From positions 32,001 through 96,000 of the forward strand of contig JBEKSS010000010.1 of the NCBI GenBank assembly GCA_049516875.1: 64,000 nucleotides of DNA, read 5' to 3'. The notes beneath the pieces are model-generated. The model searched no databases. It saw only the letters and a program-made list of their open reading frames with translations, and was not told the origin of the DNA. Source of the DNA: Candidatus Bathyarchaeia archaeon (GTDB lineage Archaea > Thermoproteota > Bathyarchaeia > Bathyarchaeales > Bathycorpusculaceae). Positions within the stretch are counted from its first letter, which is position 1. Each line of letters begins with the position of its first letter. Positions 20,428 through 30,697 of the stretch are shown here, piece after piece. A program made the position numbers and the translations under genes.

Positions 20428-21221
20428 CACTTCCCGAAGACAAGGTCGCCCACAAGAATTCGTCTTGTTGTTCCGTCTTCAAGCTTGAGAATCAGCGCAC
20501 CTTCAAGATCAACGTTCAACGCCAGACCGTTCAATTCTTCATCTTGATCTGTAACTACTACCTTATGTCCTAGAAACCCTGCGTACCTTTTCCACCTTTC
20601 TAGCAGAGAAGCAAAGCCGCCTCCCACGTACGTGTCGTAGATCCTCTCCATCTTCTCAAGCAACGCCTTAAGCAAGCTTTCCAAACGGATTTTTCTGCCA
20701 AGCTCGTTCTGAATGGAAGTCGCGGTAGTTTTCACCGATTCCGACAAAACGTCCTCCGCACAGAAGTTTGCGTTTATCCCGACGCCCAAGATAGCATAGT
20801 TGACGTTTTCGCATTTCGTGTTCATTTCGGCCAGTATGCCGCAGATCTTCTTGCCGTTCACGAGCACATCGTTAGGCCATTTAGTTTCGGTTCTCATTCC
20901 GTACTTCTCATGCAAGACTTCAGCCACAGCCAAACTGCCCACAAACACCAGCTTCACAGCTTCGTTGGCTTTCTGGTCGGGCCGCAGAACAATTGAAAAC
21001 CATAATCCGCCTCTCGGCGAGATCCACTCTCGCCCAAGTCTTCCTCGTCCAGCCATCTGAGTCTGGGCCACTGTGACTGTCCCCTCTTCTGCACCGATCT
21101 TGGCAAGTTCCTTGGCCCAATCGCTCGTCGAGTTGACTTCGCGACTGAAAAAGACGCGTTTCCCAAAACGTTTAGTGAGTAGACTTTCCTGAAGTCTTTC
21201 TAGGTTTATTTTTGCTGACAC
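20424..21221 (-). CDS. birA: Biotin-protein ligase
   Basis: QMAGRGRLGREWISP, KWPND and KICGIL; likely GTG start at 21221. Confidence 0.93.
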   Translation of the reverse strand: MSAKINLERLQESLLTKRFGKRVFFSREVNSTSDWAKELAKIGAEEGTVTVAQTQMAGRGRLGREWISPRGGLWFSIVLRPDQKANEAVKLVFVGSLAVAEVLHEKYGMRTETKWPNDVLVNGKKICGILAEMNTKCENVNYAILGVGINANFCAEDVLSESVKTTATSIQNELGRKIRLESLLKALLEKMERIYDTYVGGGFASLLERWKRYAGFLGHKVVVTDQDEELNGLALNVDLEGALILKLEDGTTRRILVGDLVFGKC

Positions 21222-21234
21222 GTAGGGCCCGCCA

Positions 21235-21648
21235 TCAGGGTGCTTCACAGAGTTCCAGAAGAACACCCTTGGTGCTTTTCGGATGGACGAAGGCAATTTT
21301 CTTTCCCTGTGCGCCCGCCCTCGGCTTCTCGTCAATCAACGTCAGGCCCTTCTGTTTGAACTTCTCAAGCACCGCTTCAATGTTCTTGACTTTCAACGCT
21401 ATATGGTGAATGCCTTCCCCGCGGCTTGCAAGAAACTTCGCGATGGTGCTTTCATTATCAAGCGGTTCCAAAAGTTCAATGTTTGTCTCGTTGCCGCTTG
21501 AGAAAAACGCTACTCTGAGCTTTCGATCATTCAAAACGTGAACACCCTCAAGCTTTAGACCCAAGACATCACGATAGAAACCGATTGCCTCATCCAGACT
21601 CTTCACCGCAACTCCGATATGATCCAATCCGTTAATCAATGTACTCAC
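21235..21648 (-). CDS. mce: Methylmalonyl-CoA epimerase
   Basis: DHIGVAV, IELLEP, GEGIHHIA and AFVHPKSTKGVLLEL. Confidence 0.92.
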   Translation of the reverse strand: MSTLINGLDHIGVAVKSLDEAIGFYRDVLGLKLEGVHVLNDRKLRVAFFSSGNETNIELLEPLDNESTIAKFLASRGEGIHHIALKVKNIEAVLEKFKQKGLTLIDEKPRAGAQGKKIAFVHPKSTKGVLLELCEAP

Positions 21649-21775
21649 CGGTTTTTTACAGTGACGCCAAAACATGCAGACGTCGGCAAGGATTTAAGCT
21701 TAACTTCTATCTATATTGACATGAAAGGCGGGTGGTAACGTATTCAGTATATTCGGGTTTGACCTGCCCTTTCTA

Positions 21776-22594
21776 ATGGCGTCCATGGTTCTAATTGCAA
21801 TGGGCTGCGTAGCCTTAGCTTTTTCTCTGATCTTGCGGAAAAAATCGCGTGCTCTTCAGAAATTTCCAAAAAGCCCGCAAATCAAAATATTCAAGAAAAC
21901 CTTCAATGTTTTCGACCCGTATTCAGAACAACGGAAGGTTATTCATGAACACCTTCAACTGCTCATTCTACTCGCTATTTACGGATCTTTTATCGGCATT
22001 GGTTTTGCGATATTGGCGATGCTTCAAGTTGGATTCTTGCTGGGCTTCATGGTGTTGATAGTTTGTCTCGGTTTCCTTTTGCTTGACGAGACTCTGGAGG
22101 TTCACAAGAACGCCAACATCTTTTTGAAAGCCTTCAAGAATGAAGTAAGCTTCGGCAAAGGTGATTTGGAAGCACTGGACTTTCTGAGACAGACCTTGCC
22201 AAGACTAAGTCACTACCATCTTTCGGTTGCAATCGCATTCTTTGCAACCTCTCTAGCAGTGCCATCCGTCGTGAACATCTTTGTGCTGGCCTTTGCTCAA
22301 TGGGCAGGCGTGATATTCGCGGCAAGCGCAGCTTTCTGGTTTTTCCCTCCCTTTGTACTTATCTGCACAGGTATCCTGTTTGCTGCCACTGTGTTCGTGG
22401 TGCAGTTTGCGGCCGGCAAGGTTAAGAGAAGGATTTTCAGTTTTCCTTCTCCTCAACCGCTGAACGGAATGAGTGAACAGTTCTATCGTATGAAAATGTT
22501 CGTAGGAATTCAACATCATCATCCAACACTTCACCTACCTGAAGTGGAGCAGAAGAAGACAGATGAAAAAGATGTTGAACAGACCGAAGCTTAA
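21776..22594 (+). CDS. Hypothetical integral membrane protein (about 5 TM)
   Basis: 272-aa ORF with several long hydrophobic segments. Confidence 0.7.
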   Translation: MASMVLIAMGCVALAFSLILRKKSRALQKFPKSPQIKIFKKTFNVFDPYSEQRKVIHEHLQLLILLAIYGSFIGIGFAILAMLQVGFLLGFMVLIVCLGFLLLDETLEVHKNANIFLKAFKNEVSFGKGDLEALDFLRQTLPRLSHYHLSVAIAFFATSLAVPSVVNIFVLAFAQWAGVIFAASAAFWFFPPFVLICTGILFAATVFVVQFAAGKVKRRIFSFPSPQPLNGMSEQFYRMKMFVGIQHHHPTLHLPEVEQKKTDEKDVEQTEA

Positions 22595-22713
22595 CTCATA
22601 CTTCTATGCCAAGTGCTGGAACAGCCTTGGAAATCCTTAGACACACTTGATAGACTGCAAATCGGCTTTCATCGGCAAACACTTTTAAATATTGCTTAAA
22701 ATATCAGTGAGCC

Positions 22714-22989
22714 ATGCCAGACAAGGTTCACTGTGCCCACATCCTCGTGAAATCGGAACAGGAAGCCAAAGCCATCTTGCAACGGTTGAACAAGGGTGAA
22801 AAATTCGCAAACATAGCCAAAGAAGTGTCACTCTGTCCATCTGGAAAGCGCGGTGGAGACCTCGGCACGTTCACAAGAGGAAAAATGGTCAAAGAATTCG
22901 AGACATGCGCCTTCGCGCTTCAGAAAGGACAAGTTTCGCCCATCGTGAAAACAAAATTCGGATATCACATAATAAAAAGACTAGACTGA
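22714..22989 (+). CDS. ppiC: Parvulin-type peptidyl-prolyl isomerase
   Basis: HILVK, SLCPSGKRGGDLG and TKFGYHII. Confidence 0.93.
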   Translation: MPDKVHCAHILVKSEQEAKAILQRLNKGEKFANIAKEVSLCPSGKRGGDLGTFTRGKMVKEFETCAFALQKGQVSPIVKTKFGYHIIKRLD

Positions 22990-23046
22990 ATAGCATCAAC
23001 ATCCCGATTGGCAATATGACTCCCAAAAGGGTGAGAAATCGCAGTT

Positions 23047-23622
23047 TCAACGGGACTTCGCGACGTTTGTGAAATTCCGAAGGATTTCTTCCCCATGCTC
23101 AGTGTTGTTCACTTCAGGGTGAAATTGAACCCCATAATACGGCTTTTCCATATGCTTCACAGCTTGGACACTGCAATTCTCTGATACAGCAAGCACCGCG
23201 AACCCGTTTGCAACCTTCACCTCGTCGTTATGCGACTCCCAAACAAGAAACTCTTTAGGCAACCCCTTGAATAGGTCATCCTCTTCAATGACCGTTATCC
23301 TTGCCAGCCCGTATTCTGGAACCTCAGAAGGCCCAGCCTTTCCACCGCAATACACAGCCATCAGCTGAAGCCCTACACATATGCCCAGAATCGGTCCCTT
23401 GAAATCCTGCAAGTAATCAATACACTTGCCCAGTTTCGGAGACTCCCAAGCGATTCTAGGTGCTCCCCCACTCAAAATCAACGCCTCAGCCTCTATTTCA
23501 TCTACAGGCGTAGTGTTAGCTATGATCTTCGAATCGCAACCGAGTTCCTTCAAGACCCTCCAAATCCTGTGAGTCCATTGGCCACCGTTGTCAACAACGT
23601 GAACTCTGACAGGCCTACTCAT
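23047..23622 (-). CDS. guaAA: GMP synthase glutamine amidotransferase subunit
   Basis: DNGGQWTHRI, GICVGLQ and QFHPEV. Confidence 0.92.
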   Translation of the reverse strand: MSRPVRVHVVDNGGQWTHRIWRVLKELGCDSKIIANTTPVDEIEAEALILSGGAPRIAWESPKLGKCIDYLQDFKGPILGICVGLQLMAVYCGGKAGPSEVPEYGLARITVIEEDDLFKGLPKEFLVWESHNDEVKVANGFAVLAVSENCSVQAVKHMEKPYYGVQFHPEVNNTEHGEEILRNFTNVAKSR

Positions 23623-24568
23623 ACTCAATCGTCCCCGGAGGTTTGTTCGTTACATCAAAAACAACTCTACTTACATCATCCTTCAGAGTATTCGTAATTC
23701 TCACAGATATCCTCTCCAACACCGTATGAGGAATCTTTGAGTACGCAGCGCTCATTCCATCCAGACTCTCAACCGAGCGAACTGCAACGACGTTCCCGTA
23801 GACTCTCACATCACCATGAACCCCGACTGTTTTGCATGGCAGCAACACGGCAAAGTACTGCCATGGTCTGCTCATCTCCTTGTTAGCTACAGCTTTTTCG
23901 ATCTCTTCTTCCACGATTGCGCATGCCTCTCTAACGATTCTCACGTTAATTGGAGTAGCTTCCCCAAGTATCCTCACAGCCAAGCCGGGGCCCGGAAAAG
24001 GCTGACGCTCATAAAGCTCTGAAGGTAGACCCAACTCTTTCCCAACAATTCTCACTTCATCTTTGTACAAATCTCTTAACGGTTCGACAATTTCAAATTC
24101 GATTTTTTCAGGCAGGCCTCCGACATTATGATGAGATTTAATTCTGTCCCTCAAACCGCCCCCGCTTTCTATCCAATCTGGAGCGATTGTTCCTTGAACA
24201 AAAAACTTCGCACTCTCCGTTCTGGCAACTTCCTCAAAAACTCTAATGAACAATTCACCAATGATTTTCCTTTTCTGCTCTGGGTCAACTGCGCCCTGGA
24301 GCTTCTCATAGAATCGTTCCTTGGCATCCACAACGATGACGTTCAAACCGAGTTTTTTCAACATTTTTTCATTGTTCCCTATCTCGTTCTTTCTCATGTA
24401 ACCAGTATCCACCAGAACACAGCGCAAGTTCTCCCCAACGGCTTTGTTCACCAAAATCGCTGCTGCAGTTGAATCAACACCGCCAGAAACGCCTATGACA
24501 GCAACACCCTTTATCCTCTCAGCCAATTCCTTAACCGCCTCATCTATGAACTTTGCAGCATTGAACAT
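23615..24568 (-). CDS. guaAB: GMP synthase ATP pyrophosphatase subunit
   Basis: SGGVDS, IKSHHNVGGL, PFPGPGL and KPPGTIEYE; ATG at 24568. Confidence 0.93.
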   Translation of the reverse strand: MFNAAKFIDEAVKELAERIKGVAVIGVSGGVDSTAAAILVNKAVGENLRCVLVDTGYMRKNEIGNNEKMLKKLGLNVIVVDAKERFYEKLQGAVDPEQKRKIIGELFIRVFEEVARTESAKFFVQGTIAPDWIESGGGLRDRIKSHHNVGGLPEKIEFEIVEPLRDLYKDEVRIVGKELGLPSELYERQPFPGPGLAVRILGEATPINVRIVREACAIVEEEIEKAVANKEMSRPWQYFAVLLPCKTVGVHGDVRVYGNVVAVRSVESLDGMSAAYSKIPHTVLERISVRITNTLKDDVSRVVFDVTNKPPGTIEYE

Positions 24569-24747
24569 GCAGGTACCACACGGTAGGATTGAACAGGGCA
24601 CGTATAAAAGTCTTGTAAACACTTTCAGGAATACACTCAGCCACGACACTAACATCATTATCGAGAAGAAAACTGGAAAAACTATAAAACACAGGTCACA
24701 GACTTACCTAGTCTCCATCAATAATCAAATCAAAACAGGCGAGTCTA

Positions 24748-26448
24748 GTGGAGAAATTGATTCATGACATAATAATCGTCGGCGCCGGCTTAGCCGGCCT
24801 TAGGAGTGCGGTCGCCGCTGCCGAAGTTGACAGCAAACTGGACATAGCCGTCATCTCAAAGCACCATCCTTTACGATCGCACTCTGTTTGTGCACAGGGC
24901 GGAACAGGAGCCGTTATGAACGAAAAAGACTCTTTTGACCTCCATGCCTATGATACCGTGAAGGGCGCGGATTTCCTCGCAGACCAAGACGTTGTGGAAT
25001 TCTTCGCCAGAGGGGCACCGAAAGAAATAGTCCTCACAGAACACTGGGGATGTCCGTGGAGCAGAACGGCTGACGGAAAAATAGATCAAAGAGCATTCGG
25101 CGGGCACACTTTTCCAAGAGCATGCTTTGCAGCAGACATGACAGGCTTTCATGAAATGCACGCCGTCTACGGAAAAGCGACATCTTATCATAACATAAAA
25201 TTCTACGACGAATGGTTCGTCACCTCCCTTGTCGTAGAAAACGCAACAGCCATAGGCCTTACGGCTTTGGAAATGAGGACGGGCCGAATGTACGCGCTCC
25301 AAGCTAAATCAATTGTGATGGCAACTGGAGGACACGAACGCATCTACGAGTTCACCACGTTTTCGCACACAACAACAGGCGACGGCATGGCAATGGCCTA
25401 CCGCGCAGGTGCACCGCTGGAGGACATGGAGTTCGTCCAGTTCCACCCAACAGGCATGGTCCCCTCAGGCGTACTGATAACGGAAGGGGCAAGAGGAGAA
25501 GGAGGCTACCTAATCAACGCCAACGGCGAACGCTTCATGAAAAAATACGCACCTGAAAAAATGGAACTAGCTCCACGAGACGTGGTTTCACGTGCAGAAC
25601 AAACAGAAATACTGAAAGGAAGGGGCTTGCAGGGACCCTACGGACCTTACATAGCTATAGACCTAAGACACCTAGGAGAAGAGAAAATAAACCTAAGGCT
25701 ACCGCTCATCAGAGACGTCGCGATAAAACTCGGCGGAGTAGACCCCGTCAAAGAACCGATACCGATCAGGCCAGCGGCTCACTACTCGATGGGAGGAATC
25801 AAGGCCAACATAAAAACCGAGACACCGATTTCAGGCTTATACGCCTCAGGAGAATGCTCATGCCTAAGCCTACACGGAGCAAACAGACTGGGCACAAACT
25901 CCACAGCAGAATGTCTAGTTTTCGGCGCAGTCTCAGGCGAACAAGCTGCCAAGCACGCGTTATCAACAGGCTTGCATGAACCCCCACAGGGAAAATTGGC
26001 TGCAGAAGAAAAGCGGGTCTTCGACCAGACATTGGGAAGCGAAGGCACCGAAAGGGTCCCGGACATCAGAGATGAAATGAGACGCATAATGAACGAGAAG
26101 GCATGGATATACAGAAGAGGAGACCAGCTTGAAAGCGGCCTGAAGGAAATCAGACAGCTTAAGCAAAGGTTCAAAAAGATAAGAGTCCAAGACAAAGGAC
26201 GACCATTCAACACTGGAATGTTAAACGCACTGCAACTTAATTTCATGCTGGATCTTGCCGAAGTCACCATGGTCGGTGCTCTGCCGCGTAATGAATCACG
26301 CGGAGCACATTCAAGAACCGACTATCCAAAACGCGATGACCAGAACTGGCTGAAACACACACTCGCCTACTACACGAAAGACGGACCGAGACTCGAGTAC
26401 ATTCCAGTCACGATAACCAGATGGCCTCCTGTGGCCAGAACCTACTAG
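24748..26448 (+). CDS. Succinate dehydrogenase / fumarate reductase flavoprotein (TfrA/FrdA-like)
   Basis: GAGLAG, RSHSVCAQGG, QFHPTG, ELAPRD, HYSMGG, HGANRLG and ESRGAH. Confidence 0.93.
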   Translation: MEKLIHDIIIVGAGLAGLRSAVAAAEVDSKLDIAVISKHHPLRSHSVCAQGGTGAVMNEKDSFDLHAYDTVKGADFLADQDVVEFFARGAPKEIVLTEHWGCPWSRTADGKIDQRAFGGHTFPRACFAADMTGFHEMHAVYGKATSYHNIKFYDEWFVTSLVVENATAIGLTALEMRTGRMYALQAKSIVMATGGHERIYEFTTFSHTTTGDGMAMAYRAGAPLEDMEFVQFHPTGMVPSGVLITEGARGEGGYLINANGERFMKKYAPEKMELAPRDVVSRAEQTEILKGRGLQGPYGPYIAIDLRHLGEEKINLRLPLIRDVAIKLGGVDPVKEPIPIRPAAHYSMGGIKANIKTETPISGLYASGECSCLSLHGANRLGTNSTAECLVFGAVSGEQAAKHALSTGLHEPPQGKLAAEEKRVFDQTLGSEGTERVPDIRDEMRRIMNEKAWIYRRGDQLESGLKEIRQLKQRFKKIRVQDKGRPFNTGMLNALQLNFMLDLAEVTMVGALPRNESRGAHSRTDYPKRDDQNWLKHTLAYYTKDGPRLEYIPVTITRWPPVARTY

Positions 26449-26462
26449 AAAGATGAAGTAAC

Positions 26463-28028
26463 ATGAGCACCAAAGTAGAGAAAACGGTTGAATTCAACAT
26501 AAGCCGATTTGAACCAGAACAGAAAAGACACTACGTATCAACATTCAAAGTCCCCATTCACCAAGGAACAACTCTCCTTGACGCCCTGCTTTATATCAAA
26601 GATCACTTTGACGATTCACTCACGTTTAGACAGTCATGCAGGATGGGCATCTGCGGAGACTGTGCAATCAACGTTAACGGCAAGCCGATGCTAGCCTGCT
26701 ACACGCAGGTGCTCGACCTCGGCGCAGACTCTCTGACCGTTGAACCGCTCTCAAATTCTCCTGTGATAAAAGACCTTGTTGTCGACATGCAACCGTTCTT
26801 CGAAACTTACAAGAGGATCAAACCGATCCTGATTAAGCCTGAAGAAGAATTCAAGAAACCTGATGAATTCTCTCAAAGTCCCGAGGATCTTAAAAAATAC
26901 TGGGACCTGACACTATGTATCAAATGCTCCATTTGCAACTCAGCCTGTCCAGCAGTCATAGACGAGAAATTCCTCGGACCCTCAGCGTTAACGGCTACTT
27001 ACAGATTCCTCACAGATTCAAGGGATCAAGGCTTGGATCAACGGTTGAAACCAATGGCCGACAACATCTGGCTCTGCACCCAATGCAACTCGTGCACGAT
27101 GTTCTGCCCCAAAAAACTAACCTGCGCAAACGCCATAGTTGACGATCACAGCCTCCTAGTCGAAGCCGGAGACATTCCAAGAACCGTCAAAGACGTGCTT
27201 GAAAGCGTATACAAATACCACAACCCCATGGGAACAACGCAGGCCAAAAGGATGGAATGGGCAAAAGATCTGAACGTTAAAACCTTTCCAACAACCACAA
27301 AAGCCGATGTCCTGTTTTTCACCTGCTGCTCAAATGTTTACGACCTGAGAAACCAAGAAGCAGCAAGAACCATGGCCTCAATATTCAATCACATGCAGGT
27401 CTCCTTTGCGACACTGGGCACTGAAGAATGGTGCTGCGGAGACCACATGCTAAGACTCGGCGAAAAAGGATTGTTCGAAGAACTCGCCGAACACAACATC
27501 TCAATGTTCAAGAAATTCAACCCAAAGAAAATCGTAACGTTATCACCACACTGTTACAACACGTTCAAGAATGACAAGCCTTACAGCGACGCTGGCCTGA
27601 ACGTCCAACACTACACCCAATTCCTCGCCGAGGCCCTTGAAAAAGGAAGCATCAAACTCTCGAAGCCCATAAGGAAAAGAATCGTCTACCATGACCCCTG
27701 CTTCCTAGGCAAACGCAACGATGTATTTGACGCACCACGACAGATCTTGCAGTCAATAAAAGGCGTAGAACTTATCGAAATGAGAAGGACAAAACAGAGC
27801 AGCTTCTGCTGCGGCGGAGGCGCTGGAAGGGTGTGGACAGAAGACGCGTTGCCTGAAAAGAGACCCAGCACAAACCGACTTCAAGAGGCACTCAGCCTCA
27901 ACGCTGACACTGTAGCTGTGGCCTGCCCATACTGCGTCACCACCTTAGAAGATGCGGTAAAAGTGCTAGACGTAGAAAACAAGATTTCGGTAAAGGACAT
28001 TCTGGAGCTCATTAAAGAAGCACTGTAA
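26463..28028 (+). CDS. Fumarate reductase Fe-S subunit fused to two CCG (HdrD/HdrB-like) domains, TfrB-like
   Basis: 2Fe-2S motif CRMGICGDC, 4Fe-4S motifs CIKCSICNSAC and CTQCNSCTMFC, then WCCG, HDPC, CCGGG and CPYC. Confidence 0.88.
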   Translation: MSTKVEKTVEFNISRFEPEQKRHYVSTFKVPIHQGTTLLDALLYIKDHFDDSLTFRQSCRMGICGDCAINVNGKPMLACYTQVLDLGADSLTVEPLSNSPVIKDLVVDMQPFFETYKRIKPILIKPEEEFKKPDEFSQSPEDLKKYWDLTLCIKCSICNSACPAVIDEKFLGPSALTATYRFLTDSRDQGLDQRLKPMADNIWLCTQCNSCTMFCPKKLTCANAIVDDHSLLVEAGDIPRTVKDVLESVYKYHNPMGTTQAKRMEWAKDLNVKTFPTTTKADVLFFTCCSNVYDLRNQEAARTMASIFNHMQVSFATLGTEEWCCGDHMLRLGEKGLFEELAEHNISMFKKFNPKKIVTLSPHCYNTFKNDKPYSDAGLNVQHYTQFLAEALEKGSIKLSKPIRKRIVYHDPCFLGKRNDVFDAPRQILQSIKGVELIEMRRTKQSSFCCGGGAGRVWTEDALPEKRPSTNRLQEALSLNADTVAVACPYCVTTLEDAVKVLDVENKISVKDILELIKEAL

Positions 28029-28183
28029 TCCCCAAGAATACCTGTATCCTATTCCTTTTTTCGGCGAAGAATCCATCAGCAGAACGTTGATTTATCTTCG
28101 TTCAGAAATCAGATTTTTAAACGATAAATTAATATTAAACATGCAGGTTCGTTAAGAACAAGAATGGTGTAGAGGGAACAGTA

Positions 28184-30031
28184 TTGTTTGGTTATGCAGG
28201 GCGTGTACTTTATGTTGATTTAACATCAGGAAAAACTCACACCGAACCCCTGAACGAAGAGTATGCCAAGAAATACATAGGTGGAATAGGCTTGGGCATG
28301 CGACTGTGGCTAGACAATTCTAAACCCAAGATAGACCCGTTCGACCCGGAAAACCCGCTGGTCATTGCAAATGGCCCGATATCGGGCACGATGTGGCCTA
28401 CAGGCGGAAATGGACACGCTTTTGTTTCCAAGTCCCCGCAGTCCTTTGGAATAGGTGAAGCCAAAGCTCACGGCACTTTTGGAACGGAATTGAAAAGAGC
28501 AGGATATGACGCTGTAGTGTTCAAGGGCAAAGCCGAAAAACCAGTTTACGTCTGGATTGATGATGATTCAGTTCAGCTTTTGGATGCTTCAGGCTTGATG
28601 GGAAAATCGCCCGGGGAGACTGAAGATGCCATAAGAGAAGAGCTGGGCGACTACTACATCCGCGTTGCCTCCATAGGTGTGGCTGGCGAAAAGCTTTCTC
28701 GAATGGCATGTATAATCAACGACAAGACCCGCGCGGCTGGAAGAACCGGCTTAGGCGCGGTTATGGGTTCAAAGAATCTCAAGGCGGTTGCTGTGCGTGG
28801 AACACACGATGTCACGGTTGCAAAACTCGATGAATTCATGGAGTACGTGAAGGAATTTCATGAAAGAATGAAAGGCCCTGCCACGCAGAAATACAGAACG
28901 CTCGGCACGTCTGAAAACGTCCTTGTGCACAATTCACTGTCTTGTATGCCTACAAGAAACTATAATAACTCAAGATTTGAAGGTGCGGAGAAGGTCAGCG
29001 GTGAATGTCTAAACGAGAAATACGTCGCAAAAATCATCGGATGCAGTTCTTGCGCGATGCGGTGTGAACACATGTGTGTAGTCCCAGAGGGACCATACAA
29101 GAACACGATGACACGGATGGAGTATGAAACGTTGTGGGCGCTTGGTCCCTACTGTGGGGTAGATAGACTTGACGCCATCATAAAAGGAATGGAACTTACG
29201 AACTACTACGGCATGGATGCAATCAGCGCAGGCGTAACTGTCGGTTTTGCAATGGACTGCTACGAAAGAGGCATATTGACTCAGAAGGAACTCGACGGGA
29301 TAGACGCGAAATTCGGCAACGCCGAAGCAATGGTTCAACTGGTTGAGAAAATCGGTAAACGTGAAGGCATCGGCGATGTGCTGGCGGATGGAGCCAAGTT
29401 TGCAGCTGACCGCATAGGCAAGGATTCCTACAAGTTGGCGGCAACCATAAAAGGGGTTGAAATCACAGGTTATGACTTGAGATGCCTCAAGACAGCCGCG
29501 TTAGGTTTTGCTGTTTCATTCCGGGGAGCTGACCACAACAGGCATGGAGCCTACGCTTTTGACGTAAAAGGAAAAGTCAACAGGCTTATAGCTGAAAAAG
29601 GCAGAGGCAAGCTTGTCAAAGACATGGAAGATGTCTACAACCTCATCGACTCATTCATCGTCTGCAAGTTTTCAAGAGGCACATACTACAAAGAACTGCC
29701 GGATATGGCAAAGCTTTACACTTTGGTAACCGGATTCGAAATGACACCTGAAGAACTGAAGAAAACAGGCGAAAGAATACAAAACATTGCCAAACTAATC
29801 AACATCAGAGAAGGATTAGGAAGGAAAGACGACACGTTGCCATACAAGGTCATGCACGAACCAATTCCAGACGAAGGCCCATCCAAAGGAGCCATGGTTA
29901 CACAGCAAGAACTGGACCTGCTTCTAGACGATTATTATGAGTCCCGAGGATGGACAAAAGAAGGAGTACCAACCGTGGAAAAGCTCAAGGAGTTAGGAAT
30001 TGACGACCTGATTCACGTCATCCACAAATAA
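28184..30031 (+). CDS. aor: Tungsten aldehyde:ferredoxin oxidoreductase family enzyme
   Basis: GYAGRVLYVDL, AGRTGLGAVMGSKNLKA, CSSCAMRC, EYET and YYESRGW. Confidence 0.9.
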   Translation: MFGYAGRVLYVDLTSGKTHTEPLNEEYAKKYIGGIGLGMRLWLDNSKPKIDPFDPENPLVIANGPISGTMWPTGGNGHAFVSKSPQSFGIGEAKAHGTFGTELKRAGYDAVVFKGKAEKPVYVWIDDDSVQLLDASGLMGKSPGETEDAIREELGDYYIRVASIGVAGEKLSRMACIINDKTRAAGRTGLGAVMGSKNLKAVAVRGTHDVTVAKLDEFMEYVKEFHERMKGPATQKYRTLGTSENVLVHNSLSCMPTRNYNNSRFEGAEKVSGECLNEKYVAKIIGCSSCAMRCEHMCVVPEGPYKNTMTRMEYETLWALGPYCGVDRLDAIIKGMELTNYYGMDAISAGVTVGFAMDCYERGILTQKELDGIDAKFGNAEAMVQLVEKIGKREGIGDVLADGAKFAADRIGKDSYKLAATIKGVEITGYDLRCLKTAALGFAVSFRGADHNRHGAYAFDVKGKVNRLIAEKGRGKLVKDMEDVYNLIDSFIVCKFSRGTYYKELPDMAKLYTLVTGFEMTPEELKKTGERIQNIAKLINIREGLGRKDDTLPYKVMHEPIPDEGPSKGAMVTQQELDLLLDDYYESRGWTKEGVPTVEKLKELGIDDLIHVIHK

Positions 30032-30555
30032 TGGAGGAAAAGAAAATGGTGAAGATTCATGAGAAAAAATTCGTTTCAGCAGACCCAGACAAGTGCGTAG
30101 GATGCCAAGTCTGCGAATACATCTGCTCATTAACTAAAGACAAGGCGTTCAACCCGCTGAAATCGAGAATACGAGTCGTCAGAATAAACCAGCTGATAAA
30201 CATGGCTGTTACATGCAGACTGTGCGAAGACCCGCCCTGCGTTGCTGCCTGCCCAAGAGAAGCATTGACCCAGTCTGAAGAAACAGGGGTGATAAGCGTA
30301 GACAAAGACAAGTGCAACGGATGCGGATGGTGCATCGAAGCATGCGACTATGGAGCAATCATGCTGCACCCGGAAAACAAGGTCGTCTACGTCTGTGACC
30401 TGTGCAAAGAAAAAGGAGAACCGCAATGCGTCAAATGGTGCCCAGAGGAAGCCCTAGAAGTAACCACAAGCGACGTCCTAGCCCAAAAAGCAAGAATAAC
30501 AGCCGTGAAAAAACTGTTCCAAGAAGCCGTGAAAGAAACCCAGAAAACCTCCTAG
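30031..30555 (+). CDS. 4Fe-4S dicluster protein (AOR partner, DmsB/CooF-like)
   Basis: Four CxxCxxCxxxC-type motifs; overlaps the aor stop (TAATG). Confidence 0.9.
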   Translation: MEEKKMVKIHEKKFVSADPDKCVGCQVCEYICSLTKDKAFNPLKSRIRVVRINQLINMAVTCRLCEDPPCVAACPREALTQSEETGVISVDKDKCNGCGWCIEACDYGAIMLHPENKVVYVCDLCKEKGEPQCVKWCPEEALEVTTSDVLAQKARITAVKKLFQEAVKETQKTS

Positions 30556-30697
30556 GCCTTTTTTCCCAGGATAGCTCTGGGTCAATTTTCATAGCACGTG
30601 CGATTCATTAAGGACGCGTGCTCTAGAGGTTCTAATGTTAGGTAATATTGGTAGTACCGAAAAAAGATGGGACAGCTGATGTGCCAGTCTGTAGTGT

